Source: Hemiscyllium ocellatum
Taxonomy: Eukaryota
Direction of reading: 5' to 3'
Length of the DNA: 64,000 nt
Assembly: GCF_020745735.1 (NCBI RefSeq)
Contig: NC_083418.1
Span: 68,589,776 to 68,653,775, forward strand
Under the pieces are notes generated by a model, which was not told where the DNA came from, made no database searches, and saw only the letters and a list, made by a program, of their open reading frames with translations. Made by a program: the position numbers and the translations under genes. This document shows positions 25,247 through 38,390 of this stretch, piece by piece (positions within the stretch are counted from its first letter, which is position 1; each line of letters starts with the position of its first letter).

Positions 25247-25520
25247 TCCAGGGGCCCAGATAATGTTCTGGGACCTAGATTCACCATGTTGTTTGAATTC
25301 TTTAAAAAAAATCTGGAACTTAAGAATCCAGTAATGACTGCAAAACCATTGTTGATTGTCAGGGGAAAAACCCATCTGTTTTACTCATGTCTTTTAGGAA
25401 AGGAAACTGCCATCCTTACCTGGTCTGGCTGACATGTGATTCCAGGCCCACAGCAATGTGGTTGACTCAGTTAGCGATGGGCAATAAATGCTGGCCCAGT
25501 GCCCTCACCCACAATGAGGC
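25247..25520 (+). mobile_element. tRNA-derived SINE, family 2
   Basis: aggaaactgccatccttacctggtctgg...atgtggttgactc...gatgggcaataaatgctggccc. Confidence 0.75.
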
Positions 25521-25781
25521 ATAGATGTAAGATCATGTTCTGCTGTCCTTGTGTTTCCAATTACTGCCATCTGCTGTGGCCAATTTCAAACCTGGGTCCC
25601 CAGAACACTATCTGGGTCTCTGGATTAACAGGCCCTGCCTGTGGAGTGTGGGTTTTGAGCTCATGCAGGGGAAAGAAATACAAAGAAGTCAAAGAAGTGA
25701 GTTATTCACCGGTTGCCCCTAGTTACTACCAGAAATTGGGTGCAACTGTTGGCCCAACTTTATGGTAACACATTAAAAATG

Positions 25782-25998
25782 ATTTGGAGATGTCGGTGTT
25801 GGACTGGGGTGTACAAAGTTAAAAATCTCACAACACCGGATTATAGTCCAACAGGTTTAATTGGAAGCACACTAGCTTTCGGAGCGACGCTCCTTCATCA
25901 GATGATTGACAATCACCTGGTGAAGGAGCGTCACTCTGAAAGCTAGTGTGCTTCCAATTAAACCTGTTGGACTATAACCTGGTGTTGTGTGATTTTTA
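25782..25998 (-). mobile_element. Penelope-like family A element with 12-bp TSD; HHR core intact on the - strand (25870-25904)
   Basis: TSD acattaaaaatg 25770-25781 / 25999-26010; - strand CAU-CUGAUGA-A-GGAGC-GUC-GCUCC-GAA-AGCU-A-GUG. Confidence 0.88.
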
Positions 25999-26566
25999 AC
26001 ATTAAAAATGTGTTCTTTCATAAAAGGGGGAAAAGTGCATAAATTAAAAGTCACAATTTCTTGGCAGACATCATTATTTCTGTTTAAAAGTCTGTCAGAA
26101 ATGATCCTGTTCAGAATATTCTAGAACACCTATAATGTTGCCAAGCATAGGATGATGTCAGTTGAAGTTTTTCTTTTCCTGTTTTGAAAAACACAAATAG
26201 TCACTAGAAATGTTAACATTTCACGGTTAAGATTTTCATCTTGAAAATCCTATGTTGATAGGATGGCATCTTGTGTCCTCCTTGAATAGATAAGTGCCCA
26301 CAAATAACCAATAAAGTGGCTTCCAACACTGAGAGAGCTAAAAGTTGACTTCAGGCTGGAGTAATGACTGAGCTGCAGTCATTAGCTACAGTTATAGAAA
26401 CAAGTGATCAACATTCACTAAAGAACCGGCTTGAGAGAGCACAAGCCGGTCTCTGAGCCAGGGGGCTGTCATTGTCCAAACAGGTGTTTTCTTTGGAAGG
26501 TCCAAGAAAATGGTGGAAGACAGAAAGAGCCTCCTAATAGCTGTGCTAGATTAGGTTAAATTATCT

Positions 26567-26681
26567 TAGATTACCTACAGTATAGAAACAGGCCCTTCGG
26601 CCCAACAAGTCCACACTAACTCTCCAAAGAGTAACTCACCCAGACCCATTCCCCTGACTAATGCACCTAACGTTATGGGCA
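26567..26681 (-). mobile_element. HE1-type SINE, 3' part
   Basis: ttagattacctacag...ggcccttcggcccaacaagtccacac. Confidence 0.85.
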
Positions 26682-26779
26682 TAGATAGCAGAAGGCTACT
26701 ACCAGAAGTTGCAGAGGTCAGTATTTGCTCTGCAGTCTGTCCATTTGTTGATTGGGATCAACAAAACTCCCCTTGCCAC

Positions 26780-26922
26780 AAAAACAGAAATTCCTGGAAA
26801 AGCTTCAGAGAAATCTGAAGAAGAGTCACCTGACTTGTAACGTTAACTCTGATTTCTCTCCACAGATGCTGCTAGACTTGCTGAGCTTTTCCAGCAATAT
26901 CTGTTTTTCTGATTTTCAGCAT
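26780..26922 (+). mobile_element. Penelope-like family C element
   Basis: CTGAAGA-A-GAGTC-ACCT-GACTT-GtA-ACGT-T at 26815-26844; short inverted arm aaacagaaattcctggaaaagc. Confidence 0.75.
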
Positions 26923-27289
26923 TATTGTCCTTTCGGTTTCTCACTTCCCTTGCCTGTTGCCGGTCGTATCGTTTCCCTAGTGTGATGAAAGATTATAATG
27001 TTATGAATGATATTATTGTACGGAAACCTGCCTTCTAAGGCAGAGGCAAATTAGATTTTAACTTCCAGTTCTGTAAAGGTGTAAGTTTTTTTTATTGGAA
27101 GGCCAAAGTCATTTTGAATAGCAAGCCAATGGGAGATATTTCTGAGATCCATGTGATTTAAGTGATTGGCAAGCCTCCCGTCCATGCATGGAAATAGTTA
27201 GTTAGTAAGATACTACAATCTAGAGGGGGGGGGGGGGGCGCGAGTCACAGGCTGATACAGAGACAAAAGGTTTATATCTATGTGGCACA

Positions 27290-27975
27290 GTTTATTTAGC
27301 AGTCTCCAAAACAGTCAGGACAGAAGTGGAGGTGTCTAAGCAACTCAGGACAGCTTCTTAAAGGTGTGGGAGAAAGGTATCCTCCAAGGCTGCTGAAGAC
27401 CTGCGTTTAAATAACCTGTACACAGTAGGAATGGTCAGCTCAGTGCAAAGCTTGTTTAAAAGTACTGAAGAAAAGTTAATGAAAGAGAGTAGGATCAGTT
27501 GAATGCCCAGAGCTTTGCAGACAAAGCAAGCCAACTGTTGGAATGCCAGCTGTATAAAAACGAGAGTGTGGTGCTGGAAAAGCACAGCAGGTCAGGCAGC
27601 ACCTGAGGAGCTGCTGTGCTTTTCCAGCACCACACTCTTGACTCTGATCTCCAGCATCTGCAGTCCTCACTTTCTCCTAGCTGAATAATGACTCATAGCA
27701 TTGATGATCCTTTGCTGAGATATGAGTGAGTTCAAAGTTATTGTTAGAATCCTTTTGATATTTTTGACTAAGTTCATTCCAATAATTTGTGTACAATGTC
27801 TTTTTTCCTTTTGTGTAATAAACCTTTGTCCTTTAGTTAAGTACACTGGCAGCCTCTTCCAAGTATCCTTAATGGTTGACCTCCATCTTAGAAACAAAAA
27901 ATATTTATGATCTATAAAACCAGGTCTCATTCTGGGATTGACTAGTCCTACATTACCATCAGTTGGGATCACAAG
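27290..27975 (+). mobile_element. LTR-like remnant containing a family B insertion
   Basis: AATAAA, then 3' end ttaccatcagttgggatcacaa similar to 31826-31850. Confidence 0.4.
27558..27678 (+). mobile_element. Family B PLE element with the HHR centre deleted
   Basis: gagtgtggtgctggaaaagcacagcag / ctgctgtgcttttccagcaccacactc; imperfect TSD agctg(t/a)ataa. Confidence 0.8.
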
Positions 27976-29520
27976 ATTATCCCTTTAGCTTATGCATCGA
28001 ATCTAAATGGCGGCAACTTAAATGATTTCATGGTATGTCATTGTGAGCTCTTGACCCCATTTTCTTGTGCAATCTGTGACTCCGAAATCTCGCAGATGGT
28101 TATTTTAATTCTGAATTTAAGAAAATAAGTATATAAATTCCAGCAGATTTCATTGGTTGTTGGCTACATTTAGTTGGTGGCATTCTCAGCTGAGTTGAGA
28201 TATTCTAAGTTCCAGATTCACTCCCATCAGACCGTAATTTCAGTCCAGTATTTGATGAAATGCTGTGGGAGCCACAATTGTTAGGATAAGAGATGTTAAT
28301 TCGAGGCTTTGTCAGTCTGTCCTAGTGAGCTAAGCAGATGTTGAAAATCCCCTAGTACTATTGGAAGGGGAGAGGTGATTGTCCTCCTCCAGTCCTGTCC
28401 AAAATGTTTGCCCATCACCTGCCCCTGCCATTCTAATTCACTGTATGAGTTGTGAAGAACTGCAAATGTGGTCCTACCCATCTTCTCTTCTTTGCTTGGA
28501 AGAAACACCCACTTTCTCCCCTGAGGCGCTGGTAACTGAGTGGATATTTGTGCCTCTATCATTCTAAATAAATATAAAATTGTGCTGCAAGTTAGGTCGT
28601 CAAGTACACTGATGCAGGGAATGACAAAAAGTGATTCTGTGTAAAATGCATTCTGGATACAAATCCATTCCTTGTCTGTCTCCACCACTGTTGGCATTTC
28701 ATACAGAATTAAATATTAGACATGCTCGAAGTATTTATCACTGTCTTTTGTCAGGTACCCAACCCCTCCATGTTTTTTGGATGTGTGGTGCGTGCACGTT
28801 GAGTCAGATTCATGCCATGCACGGAGTTGATTATAGGCAGAATAAAACACATCTGAAACAGGCAGTAGGTCCTTTACTATGTCATCACATAGACCCTCAC
28901 TGTGCCTGACGTAGAGTCCCCTCTATATCATCAAAAATTGTTCCAAACAGCCAAATGCAACCTTTTTTCTATCAGCGAGGGGGTCATTGGATTTCAGTTT
29001 TGATATGTAAAATAAATCAAATTGCAAATTGTGACCTCAAAATCCTGAAATTTGTAGAAATAAAAGTAAGTTCATTGAGCAAGTTGCCTTGAAGCAGTGG
29101 CCTGTATAGCAGGTTGTTGTGCACTGTTTTGTGCGTTGTCAACGTATTTTTGACGAACTACCAACCCTTTATTTGTTTTGTAACTTGGCATGAATGCCAC
29201 TTAAGTTCCTAGTTAATGTTAAAGTAGTTTAATAAAATACATATGCAGGAAGCATTCAGTTTTAATATGTAAAAGGTAGGTGTGATAATTCACTTGACAC
29301 ACCTTTCTTTGCAGCAAAATGATTAAAACCTTTTATAAATTACATTTAATCATACAGATGCCAATCTGTACTAACTAACCAAAAAGCCAGCACTGTCTGA
29401 AAAAAGACTGTTTGTTGTACTCTGAGCCTTTCTCATTTTAAATGGCAGTACGCTGATTTTTAGGAAGTGGAGGAGGAGGATTATCCGAAGTGTGAGAAGT
29501 GAATTTTTACTAGCAGCAAC

Positions 29521-29596
29521 ATGGCCAGAAAGTGCTTTGCAATCCTATTATTTGGTTTTCCTGTGTTTCCAATTCACTGCATTAAGATGTTTAGAT
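29521..29596 (+). CDS. Candidate first coding exon MARKCFAILLFGFPVFPIHCIKMFR (signal-peptide-like)
   Basis: Kozak gcaacATGG, basic-then-hydrophobic N-terminus, GAT|gtgagt donor in phase 1; no homology recognised. Confidence 0.25.
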
Positions 29597-29964
29597 GTGA
29601 GTTAACAGATTCCAGTCTTCCCTGTCAGAAAGCTGACTAGCTCTGAAATCCAGTCTGTGTTCCGAGACTCCAGATTTCAGAGCGACCTGACAGTAGTATT
29701 TCTCTGATCCAATTGGGAATTTCTCCAAGTGAGAAAACTAGCTTGAGAATGATCAAGTAAGTATGGGATTTGTATTTAATTTCTTCTTACTGATTTTGAA
29801 GGTATTCATTGTGTTGAGTGAGTATTGATTACAGTATTGATCATAATATTTGAATATGGATGGTTTTTAGATGCCAGCAGCCTTTAAGATATCATTATAC
29901 AACTAAGTAATGTGATCATATTTGTTGCAACGTAATCATGTTAGTTAATAAAATAAGGGTTAGT

Positions 29965-30108
29965 TAGTTCTGCTGGCAGGCCAGTCTACAATACAGAGTG
30001 ATGCCAACAGCGTGTATTCAACTTCTGCATTGGCTGAGGTGACCATGAAGGACTCTCCTTCTCAATCTCTCCCCTTGGCTGAGGCATGGTGACCCTCAGA
30101 TTAAACCA
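29965..30108 (+). mobile_element. Short SINE-like fragment
   Basis: agagtgatgccaacagcgtg...ggctgaggtgaccatgaaggactctccttctcaa...ggtgaccctcag; resembles a tRNA-SINE head by eye. Confidence 0.45.
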
Positions 30109-30505
30109 ATGTGATGAATGTTATGTGTACGAACAATAAAGAGTAGGAAACTTAAGAGGAGGAGAATTGAAAGTGACAGGGAGGGGATGGAATTGTCAAT
30201 GGTTTACATTTCTTGAGGTTGTACTAAGTGACCCATTATGGAGAAAATGTATTTATTGCTCACTTTTTTTAATCTCCATTTTCAAATTTGAATGAAAGCT
30301 GTTGTGTAGGATTTTGAGATGTGGCAGGATATATTCAAGGTTCATTTGGAAGGTTCAGAACAAATCAATATGTGTTACAGCTTATTTTCATCCATTGGCC
30401 ATATCTCTGTAAATACATTCTTCCCATCCTCTGTAAATCCCAGTAGTCAACCTTTCGATATGATTTGTGCTTCACTTCAATGTTGATTTTGAAGGGTTAA
30501 AATCT

Positions 30506-30800
30506 GGCCTCACAACACCAGAGACCCGGGTTCAATACACGCCTCAGGCGACTGTCTGTGTGGAGTTTGCACATTCTCCCCGTGTCTGCGTGGGTTTCCT
30601 CCGGATGCTCCGGTTTCCTTCCACAGTCAAAAATGTGCAGGTTAGGTGAATTGGCCATGCTAAATTGCCCATACTGTTAGGTAAGGGGTAAATGTAGGGG
30701 TATGGGTGGGTTGTGCTTCAGCAGGTCGGTGTGGACTTGTTGGGCCGAAAGGCCTGTTTCTACACTGTAAGTAATCTAATCTAATTATGGTAATCTAATC
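30506..30800 (+). mobile_element. HE1-type V-SINE (young subfamily)
   Basis: B box gggttcaatac, V-domain, TAATC tail. Confidence 0.9.
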
Positions 30801-31094
30801 TGATTTTCCATGATTGGAATGTTTCATTTCACTACCTACTTGGTAAGATATTGCTGTCAGCACTTATTCCTTCTGTCAGAGGCAAAGGTGGTGACATGTG
30901 ATTTCTGTCGGAGTTTTGTAAAGGCCTTCAGGCTGCGAAAATCAGTAGAAATTGGCAAACTATCAGAACTTGAAAGAAGTATCCATACCATCAAGCTGAA
31001 AAGAAGTCTTAAGCTGCTTCAGTACTCCAAGGAGGAGGGCTGAAAAGAGTTATTTGAGTAATAAATTACAAGTTAAGAATATTGTGTGGGCAAT

Positions 31095-31555
31095 TCTGGT
31101 CAAAAGATTGACAAAGATGTTGCCAGGGTTGGAGGGTTTGAGCGATAGGGAGAGGCTGAATAGGCTGGGGCTGTTTTCCCTGGAGTGTCGGAGGCTGAGG
31201 GGTGACCTTATCGAGGTTTATCAAATCATGAGCATGAATACAGTGAAGAGGCAAAATCTTTTCCCTGGATGGGTGAGTCAAAAGCTAGAAGACACAGGTT
31301 TAGGGTGAGAAGGGAAAGATTTACAAGAGACTTTAGGGGCAACTGTTTCGTGCAGAGGGTGAGCTGCCAGAGGAAGTGGTGGAGATTGGTACAATTACAA
31401 CATTTAAAAGGCATCTGGATGGGAATATGAATAGGAAGGGTTTAGAGGGATATGAGCCAAGTGCTAGCAAATGGGACTAGATTGGGTTGGGATATCTGGT
31501 CAGCATGGACATGTTGGACCAAAGAGTCTGTTTCTGTGCTGTACAACTCTATCTG
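31095..31555 (+). mobile_element. CR1/HER1 LINE 3' end inside an LTR-like remnant (~30810-31850)
   Basis: KMLPGLEGLSDRERLNRLGLFSLECRRLRGDLIEVY. Confidence 0.9.
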
Positions 31556-31959
31556 TCTAAAAGAGAGAAAGTTCATTTGGATTGAGTGATTGTAAATGAT
31601 ATTGCTGGGAAAAGGATTGACTCTTTTTGTTGTTTAAGATCTTTCTAAGTTGTTATAGTAGGTTTTTTTTCTTTTGGACAATAAATTTGCTTCTTTTGTA
31701 AAAGAGCATCAATGGCCTCATGTGGATACTTGCAATGATTCACTACCATGATAACCAAATTGCCAAACGTTAAAATTTAAGATTTGTCACAGCAGGTTCC
31801 ATCTGGGGTCTGACTTGTCCAGTGTGTTACCACCAGCTAGGATCAGAACAGTCATTTCTTCCATCTGTCCTTATCCTAAATTACCTTTCTGGTTCTCTTT
31901 GAACACTCGACTTCTGTGGGAATGAATAAAACTAGATAAAGTACTAAACAATACTTATT

Positions 31960-32430
31960 TATATTCATTCATGGAATGTGGGCATTGGCTGGACCAGCAT
32001 TCATTAAAATCCTTAGCTACCCTTGAAGGTGTTGGTGAACTGTCTCCAACTGCTGCAGACCACATTATATAGATATGCCCACCTGCTGTTCAGGAGAGAG
32101 TTTAGCATTTTGGGCCAGCGACACTGAAGGAACAGCAATGTATTTCCAAGTCCAGGTATGAATGGCTTGGAGGGGAACTTGTGTTTGAAAGTATCTCTTG
32201 CCCTTGTCCTTTTCGGTGGAAGTGGTCTTGGGTTGAGTCATGTACTATCTCGGAGCCTTGATGAATTGCTGCATCACATCTTGTAGATAGTGCACACTGT
32301 TGCTACTGTGTATTGGTGGTGGAGGGAATGAATGTTTGTGGATATAATGCCAGTCCAGTGGGCTACTTTGTTCTGGATGATGTCAGGCTTCTTGAGTGTT
32401 GTTGGAGTTGCACACATCCAGGCGAGTAGG
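31960..32430 (-). mobile_element. LINE 3' end sharing its tail with SINE family 2
   Basis: attcattcatggaatgtgggcattggctggaccagcatt; peptide DIIQNKVAHWTG...IHSLHHQYTVATVCTIYKM. Confidence 0.7.
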
Positions 32431-32474
32431 CATGTAGATCTGTCTCCTCGTGATAGATTTGAAAGTGGAACTGT

Positions 32475-33065
32475 CACTGATCTACAAATCCAGGAGCTAA
32501 TTCTCTGACATGAGTTGATATCTCATCACAGCAGGTGGTGGACTTTGAATTCAATGAATTAATTAATCCAGAAGTGAAAGCTTCCCTTTAATGGTGACTT
32601 ATGAAACTATGGTTGAGGGTGTGCTGCTGGAAAAGCACAGCAGGTCAGGTGGCATCCGAAGAGATGGAGAACTGACGTTTTGGGCTGATGAAGGGCTTCT
32701 GCCTGAAACAGTGATTCTTCTGCCCCTCGGATGCTGCTGGATCTGCTGAGCTTTTCCAGCACCACGCTCTCAACTCTGAACTCCAGCACCTGCAGTCCTC
32801 ACTTTCTCTCACTTATAAAACTATTCATTGTTTGTTTGTTTTTGTTTTGTTTTTCAAACAGATCTGGCTTACTAATGCTCTTTCCAGATAGAAATCTGCC
32901 ACACTGATGTGCTTTTACCTACATGTGACTCCAGACCCCACATCATTGTGGTTGATTCTTAACTGCTCTAAAATGACCTTGCAAGCCTCTATTCAGGGGC
33001 ATTTAGGGACTGGCAACAAATGCTGGATGGGCTAGGCCTTGCCAGAGACGCCTACATGCCATGAA
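32475..33065 (+). mobile_element. SINE family 2 interrupted by a family B PLE element
   Basis: SINE core on both sides of 32611-32810. Confidence 0.6.
32611..32810 (+). mobile_element. Family B PLE element, 14-bp TSD
   Basis: TSD acttat(g/a)aaactat 32597-32610 / 32811-32824; ctgatgaagggcttctgcctgaaac. Confidence 0.82.
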
Positions 33066-33547
33066 AGAAGAACCAAAACAAAATCAATGTGTTGTTTTCT
33101 GTGGGTGGCAGTCTGCTGTTGGCAAGCGAGTCCCACATGGATTGCCAGAAAGTTCTGTCACTGTGTGGACTGTTCCTTTTGTGTTAAGGGCACAGATTTG
33201 ATTGGAAGTTAGTGTTTGTTCGAATTTTGTTAACCTCATGTTCTGTACTTTTTCAATGTGTCTTGACTGCAGCCGTTCAGTGTGATATGTCCAAGTATTG
33301 CTTCATCAGAGTTTATTCCTTGTGAACACTGGCAGCCTCAGACCTATCTAAAGATGGAATTGCAAAAGTGAATGAGATGCATTGAATAGCAGTGAACATC
33401 ATGAACGCCCCCTTAGCTATGCTTGGCTATCAACTTATTAATGAAAAACTCTATAACATTGACAATTTGTGCTCAGTGATGGGGATCCAAAGCTATAACA
33501 TTTGGATAGCATCTGTGTACCCAGTGGAACAGATTGTATTGTCAATG

Positions 33548-33584
33548 CGCACACACACACACACACGCACACACACACACACAC
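33548..33584. repeat. (CA)n microsatellite, imperfect
   Basis: Read directly. Confidence 0.95.
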
Positions 33585-34147
33585 AGACAATAAATAGATG
33601 AAAATTTTATGGAACTGTCCAATTTACTTGCCAAACTTTTTATATCACACCTTTCTTACTAACCTATGTGTAGAAGTGATTGATATTGTTTAAATGTTTC
33701 AAACTGTTATACTGCAGTTGCCCTACCACAGTTTTATTGGTGGCGTTAAATGAAAGAAGAATTCTGTTCTGCATCTTTGGCTACAATAATTTTGTTCCAT
33801 AGCAACTGTCTTCAAAATGTGAAAAAGGGAGAAAAGAAACTTTGCCTTTATATATAAATGAATTGACACTTTCCAGCAAAAAAAGCCTGTCTTTTGTCAG
33901 AAATGGCTGTGGTCAGGAATTCATCTCGGCACTATCTCCCAATGTTTCAAGTTTGGAACACATCTCTTTGGAAGTTTCTTTTGTAGCTATTTGCAGAAGA
34001 ATTTGGAATGCAGTGTTACAAAATTACTGAACAAAATGTAGGTTCTGAGAAGTGTTAATAGCATCAAAGATAGCCTCCCAGATATATCTACTTGGATCTT
34101 TTGGGTTGAATATGAATAAACTGACATTGACCATCATTCTATTCTGG

Positions 34148-34346
34148 GTGAAAGTGAGAACTGCAGAGTCGAGAGTGTGGTGCTGGAAAAGCACGGCAGG
34201 TCAGGCCGCATCCGAGGAGCAGGAGAGTCGACATTTCGAGCATTAGCCTTCATCAGGAATCTATGTGAGGGCTTTTGCCTGGAATGTCGACACTCCAGCT
34301 TCTCAGATGCTGCCTGACCTGCTGTGCTTTTCTAGCACCCCACACA
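34148..34346 (-). mobile_element. Family B PLE element, 12-bp TSD
   Basis: TSD attctattctgg 34136-34147 / 34347-34358; - strand attcctgatgaaggctaatgctcgaaatgtcgac. Confidence 0.82.
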
Positions 34347-34734
34347 ATTCTATTCTGGATGAGTTATATTCAGTCATCATTGTAAAGTGCATGAGCTCTA
34401 TGGTGAATATGGGCACTGATAGTAACTGCTTGGTAGAAGCCAGAGTGGAGGGTCCAGACGCAAATGCTACATTCATGCGTCTCTTTGCAAAAACAGGAGC
34501 TGTCAGTTGTTGTATCAGTCATTTACTTGGATTTCACTCCAATAAAGTGTATTCATTACAGGGAAGCTGCACAGTTTTGTAAACATTTTTGTACTAAAAA
34601 TGATGCATGTTAACTGGACTGTTATACAATCAATTCTGGCTTTGTAAATCTGAAATTATATTTAATAATTAAGCTTGGTTCGGTTTCTACCCTTCAAAGA
34701 TCTTCTCTGCCTTCTGATTTGCTGACTCAACTGG

Positions 34735-35090
34735 TTATTCTTTGATGGGATGTTGGTGTTGCTGGCAAGACCAGTATTTGCAGCCTGTCCCTAACCATTC
34801 TTGAATTGAGTAACTGGCTGGATTTATTTCAGAGGGGAGTTCAGAGTGAACCACGTTCCTGGGTCTAAAGTCGCATGTAGACCAGACCCAGTAAGAATGG
34901 CAGGTTTCCTTCCCTAAAGGATGTTGGCAATCAAATGGGTTTTTAATGACAATTTATGGCGATCACCATTGCTGAGACTAGCCTTATATTCCAGATTTTT
35001 TACTAACTGAATCTGAATTTCACCAACTACCATGGTTGGGTTTGAAACCATATCCCAATGAGTTTGCCTGGGCCCTTGCATTACTAGCCC
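34735..35090 (-). mobile_element. SINE family 2 (older)
   Basis: catgtagaccagacccagtaagaatggcaggtttccttccctaaagg. Confidence 0.7.
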
Positions 35091-36404
35091 TTAGCAGCAG
35101 GGTCTATTTAAGCAGCTTCAGTCTGCAAGATTGAAATCCAGTATCACATTGCTGATCCATAGCCCTACATGTAAATAAATGGAAATTGCCCTTTGGAAGA
35201 CCGGAGTGCACAATGAATTGAACCATGAGGTTAGTTGACATAGTTTCACACTTAGACTTGTGACTATTCGAGTCACAGGTAATGGGCAGGCTGTAGGTGA
35301 ATGTGGTCACCTGTGATGAACTTGCCAAGTAGATTCACTGAGCATGGGAGAAGTTATAAGGACAAACCCACACAAGTGCTCAAACCAGAGGTCATGAGAC
35401 CAGGAAGGCCTTGACTAAACAAACTCTCTGAAGAATTGAGTTTCTAGATTTTGGGTAGAAGTTGTTTGGAAAGGTTGACTTAATTTCAATGAGTTCTGGT
35501 TTCAGTGGGATGGTAACGTATGCAGATAATCAGTTGGCAAAGTAGAGCTGTTTTCTGAGGCTGGAAAATGTAAGTCACTCATCTTGATGGTAAAATCTGA
35601 ATTATTGCTTTACATCTCATTTCTCAGGTCGCTCTTCATTTGTCTCACCTTTTTCTGGGGCCAGAAATTCCCACTCTATATATCCTTACTCTTCAAATAC
35701 AGGTTTTAACATAAAAATTTGAATTGTGTACATTCAAAGTGATGAATATTCTTCCATCACTCAGGCTTTATGTTCTTTTATTCCACCTGAATGGCTGCCC
35801 TTTGGGTTATGGTCCTAAAGGAACTGATATGTTGTTCAAGTAACTATTTTGCCTGTGGATTAGACTGTTTGTTTATTTTTTAACTTGAGTTCATGGACCT
35901 CTCTCCTGTCAATATTCAGATATACTGTCACTGGCAGGAGATGCTAGAGAGTAATTAGGAATGATTTTTCTTCCCTGTAGTCAGGGGCACTGTCCCCAAC
36001 TGAAATGGGACTCATTTGATGTGGATTTTAGGACTGAGCGAGATTGGAATTGAGACTCTCAAAAACTGCATGGTGCATTTTCCCATGGGATTAGGACCAG
36101 GGAATTCACTGCAAACAGCTGTTGTTCTGCCTCTCATTTGTCTAATTTTGTGTCCAATTTACACTGATGTTCCAGTGCACTTGTTCTAGAGTAGCAACAG
36201 TGACTGAAGAACAATTATGAAGCGATTCCTGGGTGAGTTATTTTACCTTTTGAAGATGAATCCAACAAAATTGGGGTCTCGCTACACTAAATGCATGAGC
36301 AACCCAGGGAAGCCATTCTTTGTTAGAACACGATGTTTATTTGTCTGTTTCTTCCTCTGTTAGAGTCACTAGAAAATAGGCCTGAAGACAAAATGCATTT
36401 TGGA

Positions 36405-36780
36405 TAGTCATAGAGTTGTCCAGCATGGAAGCAGACCCTTCGGTCTAACTCGTCCGTGCTGACCAGAAATCCTAGCCTAATCTAGTCCCATTTACCCCCA
36501 CTTGGCCCATATCCCTCTAAACCCTTCCTATTCATATACTCATCCAGATGCCTTTTAAATGTTGACATTGTGCCAGCCTCCATCACTTCCTCTGGCAGTT
36601 CATTCCATACACACACACACCACCCTCTGTGTAAAAAAAAATTGCCTCTCAGGTCCATTTTAAATTTTTCTCTCTCACCTTAAACCTATGTCCTCTCATT
36701 TTCAACTCTGTCATTCTGGGGAAAAGACCTTGTCTATTCATGTCCATGTCTATGTCCGTCATGGTTTTATAAACTTCTAT
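36405..36780 (-). mobile_element. CR1/HER1 3' end
   Basis: tagtcatagag tail; matches 14707-15105. Confidence 0.85.
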
Positions 36781-37084
36781 AGGAGGTGGGAGGTTAAATT
36801 GGTGGTGTCCGTAGTTTATTTTGGGCAATGTTTATTGTGTGCGTGTGTGAATTTTTTTTTCTGTTTACCTTGAGTAAAGTGAACTCTGACCCAGCCACGT
36901 GCAAGTGAGATGCATGGGTAAGTCACAAAAGGCCACCACGTGAGAGCTCCAAATGTTTGAGATGTTCTAACAACAAGGTGGAGGTTGGACTGGAAATTTT
37001 CTCCTGACATGATCTGACACAAAGTTAGGGGGAAGAAGAAGAAATGTAAGGGAAGCCAATGCAAGAGACTAAGGGCATGGAAAT

Positions 37085-37650
37085 GAGCCATGGCAGTTCG
37101 GAAAGGCTTGGTTTTGTGAAAAGGAAATTATATTTGATAAATCTTCTTTGAGGAAGAGAAAACAGAGATTCACTAGGGTGATTTCTGGGAAAAAAGATGG
37201 ACTTAACGAGAACAGTTAAACAGATTAGGCCATTGGTTGTACAAGTTTTTTTAGAGGAATGAGGGATGGTCTTACTACGCCTGCAAGATTTTGAGGGGAT
37301 TTGAGAAAGTAAATGTATGAAAGCTGTTTCCTCTAGTGAGGGAATCTTGAACTGGGGGACATAGTTGCAGAATAAGGGGACACTGATTTAAAACTAAAAC
37401 TGAGATGCAAAGGAATTTCTTCTCCACAGGGTAGTGAATGTTTGGAATTCTCTATCCTAGAGTTGTGGTGGCTAAGTCAATATTTAAAGATGTAGATAGA
37501 CCTTTTTTGAAATAGAGGAGTCGAGAGCTGTGAAAGCTGCCGTGAAAGGAGGGGTTGAGCCCTGGGGCAGATTTGTCCTGATTTTATAGAATGGTGGGGC
37601 AAACCTGAGGGACTTAAATGACTTTCTCCTCTCCCATTTCTTATGTTCTC
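37085..37650 (+). mobile_element. Old CR1 fragments
   Basis: ggttttgtgaaaagg; ggggacatagttgcagaataagggg; aatttcttctc; tggaattctcta. Confidence 0.65.
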
Positions 37651-38075
37651 CCTTTCGTGACCAAGCTCAATAGAGACTAGTGAAAATATGTGGCTGGAAC
37701 ATGATAAGTACATCGAGTGCAAGAGGAACGTTGTTGATGAGTTTTGGTTTTTCTTAATCTGTGATGTAATTCAAATGATCTTTTTGCAGCTGATTGTTCA
37801 CTACATTTTTTAAAAAAAGTACATTTTATTCTTGTATGTGATTGCATGCTGCTGAACTTCACAATATTGCCTGCACGGTTCCAGCAAAACTAAAACTTGT
37901 ATGTACTGTGTTGAGACTTTTTTTTAGTCCCTTTTTTTATCATTTTGGTTTTGAGTTGTGAAAACTGAGTTGAATTTGAGGGTGATCTTTGGTTTGTGAG
38001 CAGCAGCTTATATTTAAAAAAGAGAAGTGAACAAACAAACTTATTTGATTGAGGTCAGCTCTGGAAATTGTGTTT

Positions 38076-38390
38076 TAGAATTCCTACAGTGTGGAAACAG
38101 GCCCTTTGGCCTGACAAGCCCACACTGACATTCAAAGAATAACCCATCCTATACTTATTCCTGCCTAATGCACCTAACCTACACAACCCTGAACACTATG
38201 GACAAATTAGCATTGCCAATCCACCTAACCTGCACAGCTTTGGACTGGGAGAGGAAACCGGAGCATGCAGAAAAAGCCCAAACAAACACAGGGGAACATA
38301 CAACTTCCCATGGACAGTCACCCGAGGCTGGCATCGAACCCGGGTCCCTAGCGCTGTGCGGCAGCAATGCTAACCATGGAGCCACTGTGC
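38076..38390 (-). mobile_element. HE1-type V-SINE
   Basis: MAPWLALLPHSARDPGS-type pseudo-ORF typical of the HE1 head. Confidence 0.85.

Noticed and set aside
5503-26010. Palindromic dispersed repeats as CRISPR, REP elements, terminators or pre-miRNAs
   Set aside because: Eukaryotic context with no repeat-spacer array; TSDs, tails and HHR cores explain them as PLE insertions
26425-26450. 9-bp hairpin accggcttg/caagccggt
   Set aside because: Short enough to arise by chance in 64 kb; no supporting context
29749-29762. ATGATCAA|gtaagt echoing ATGATCAAA|gtaagt at 51989-52003
   Set aside because: Different phases and no further similarity; probably coincidence
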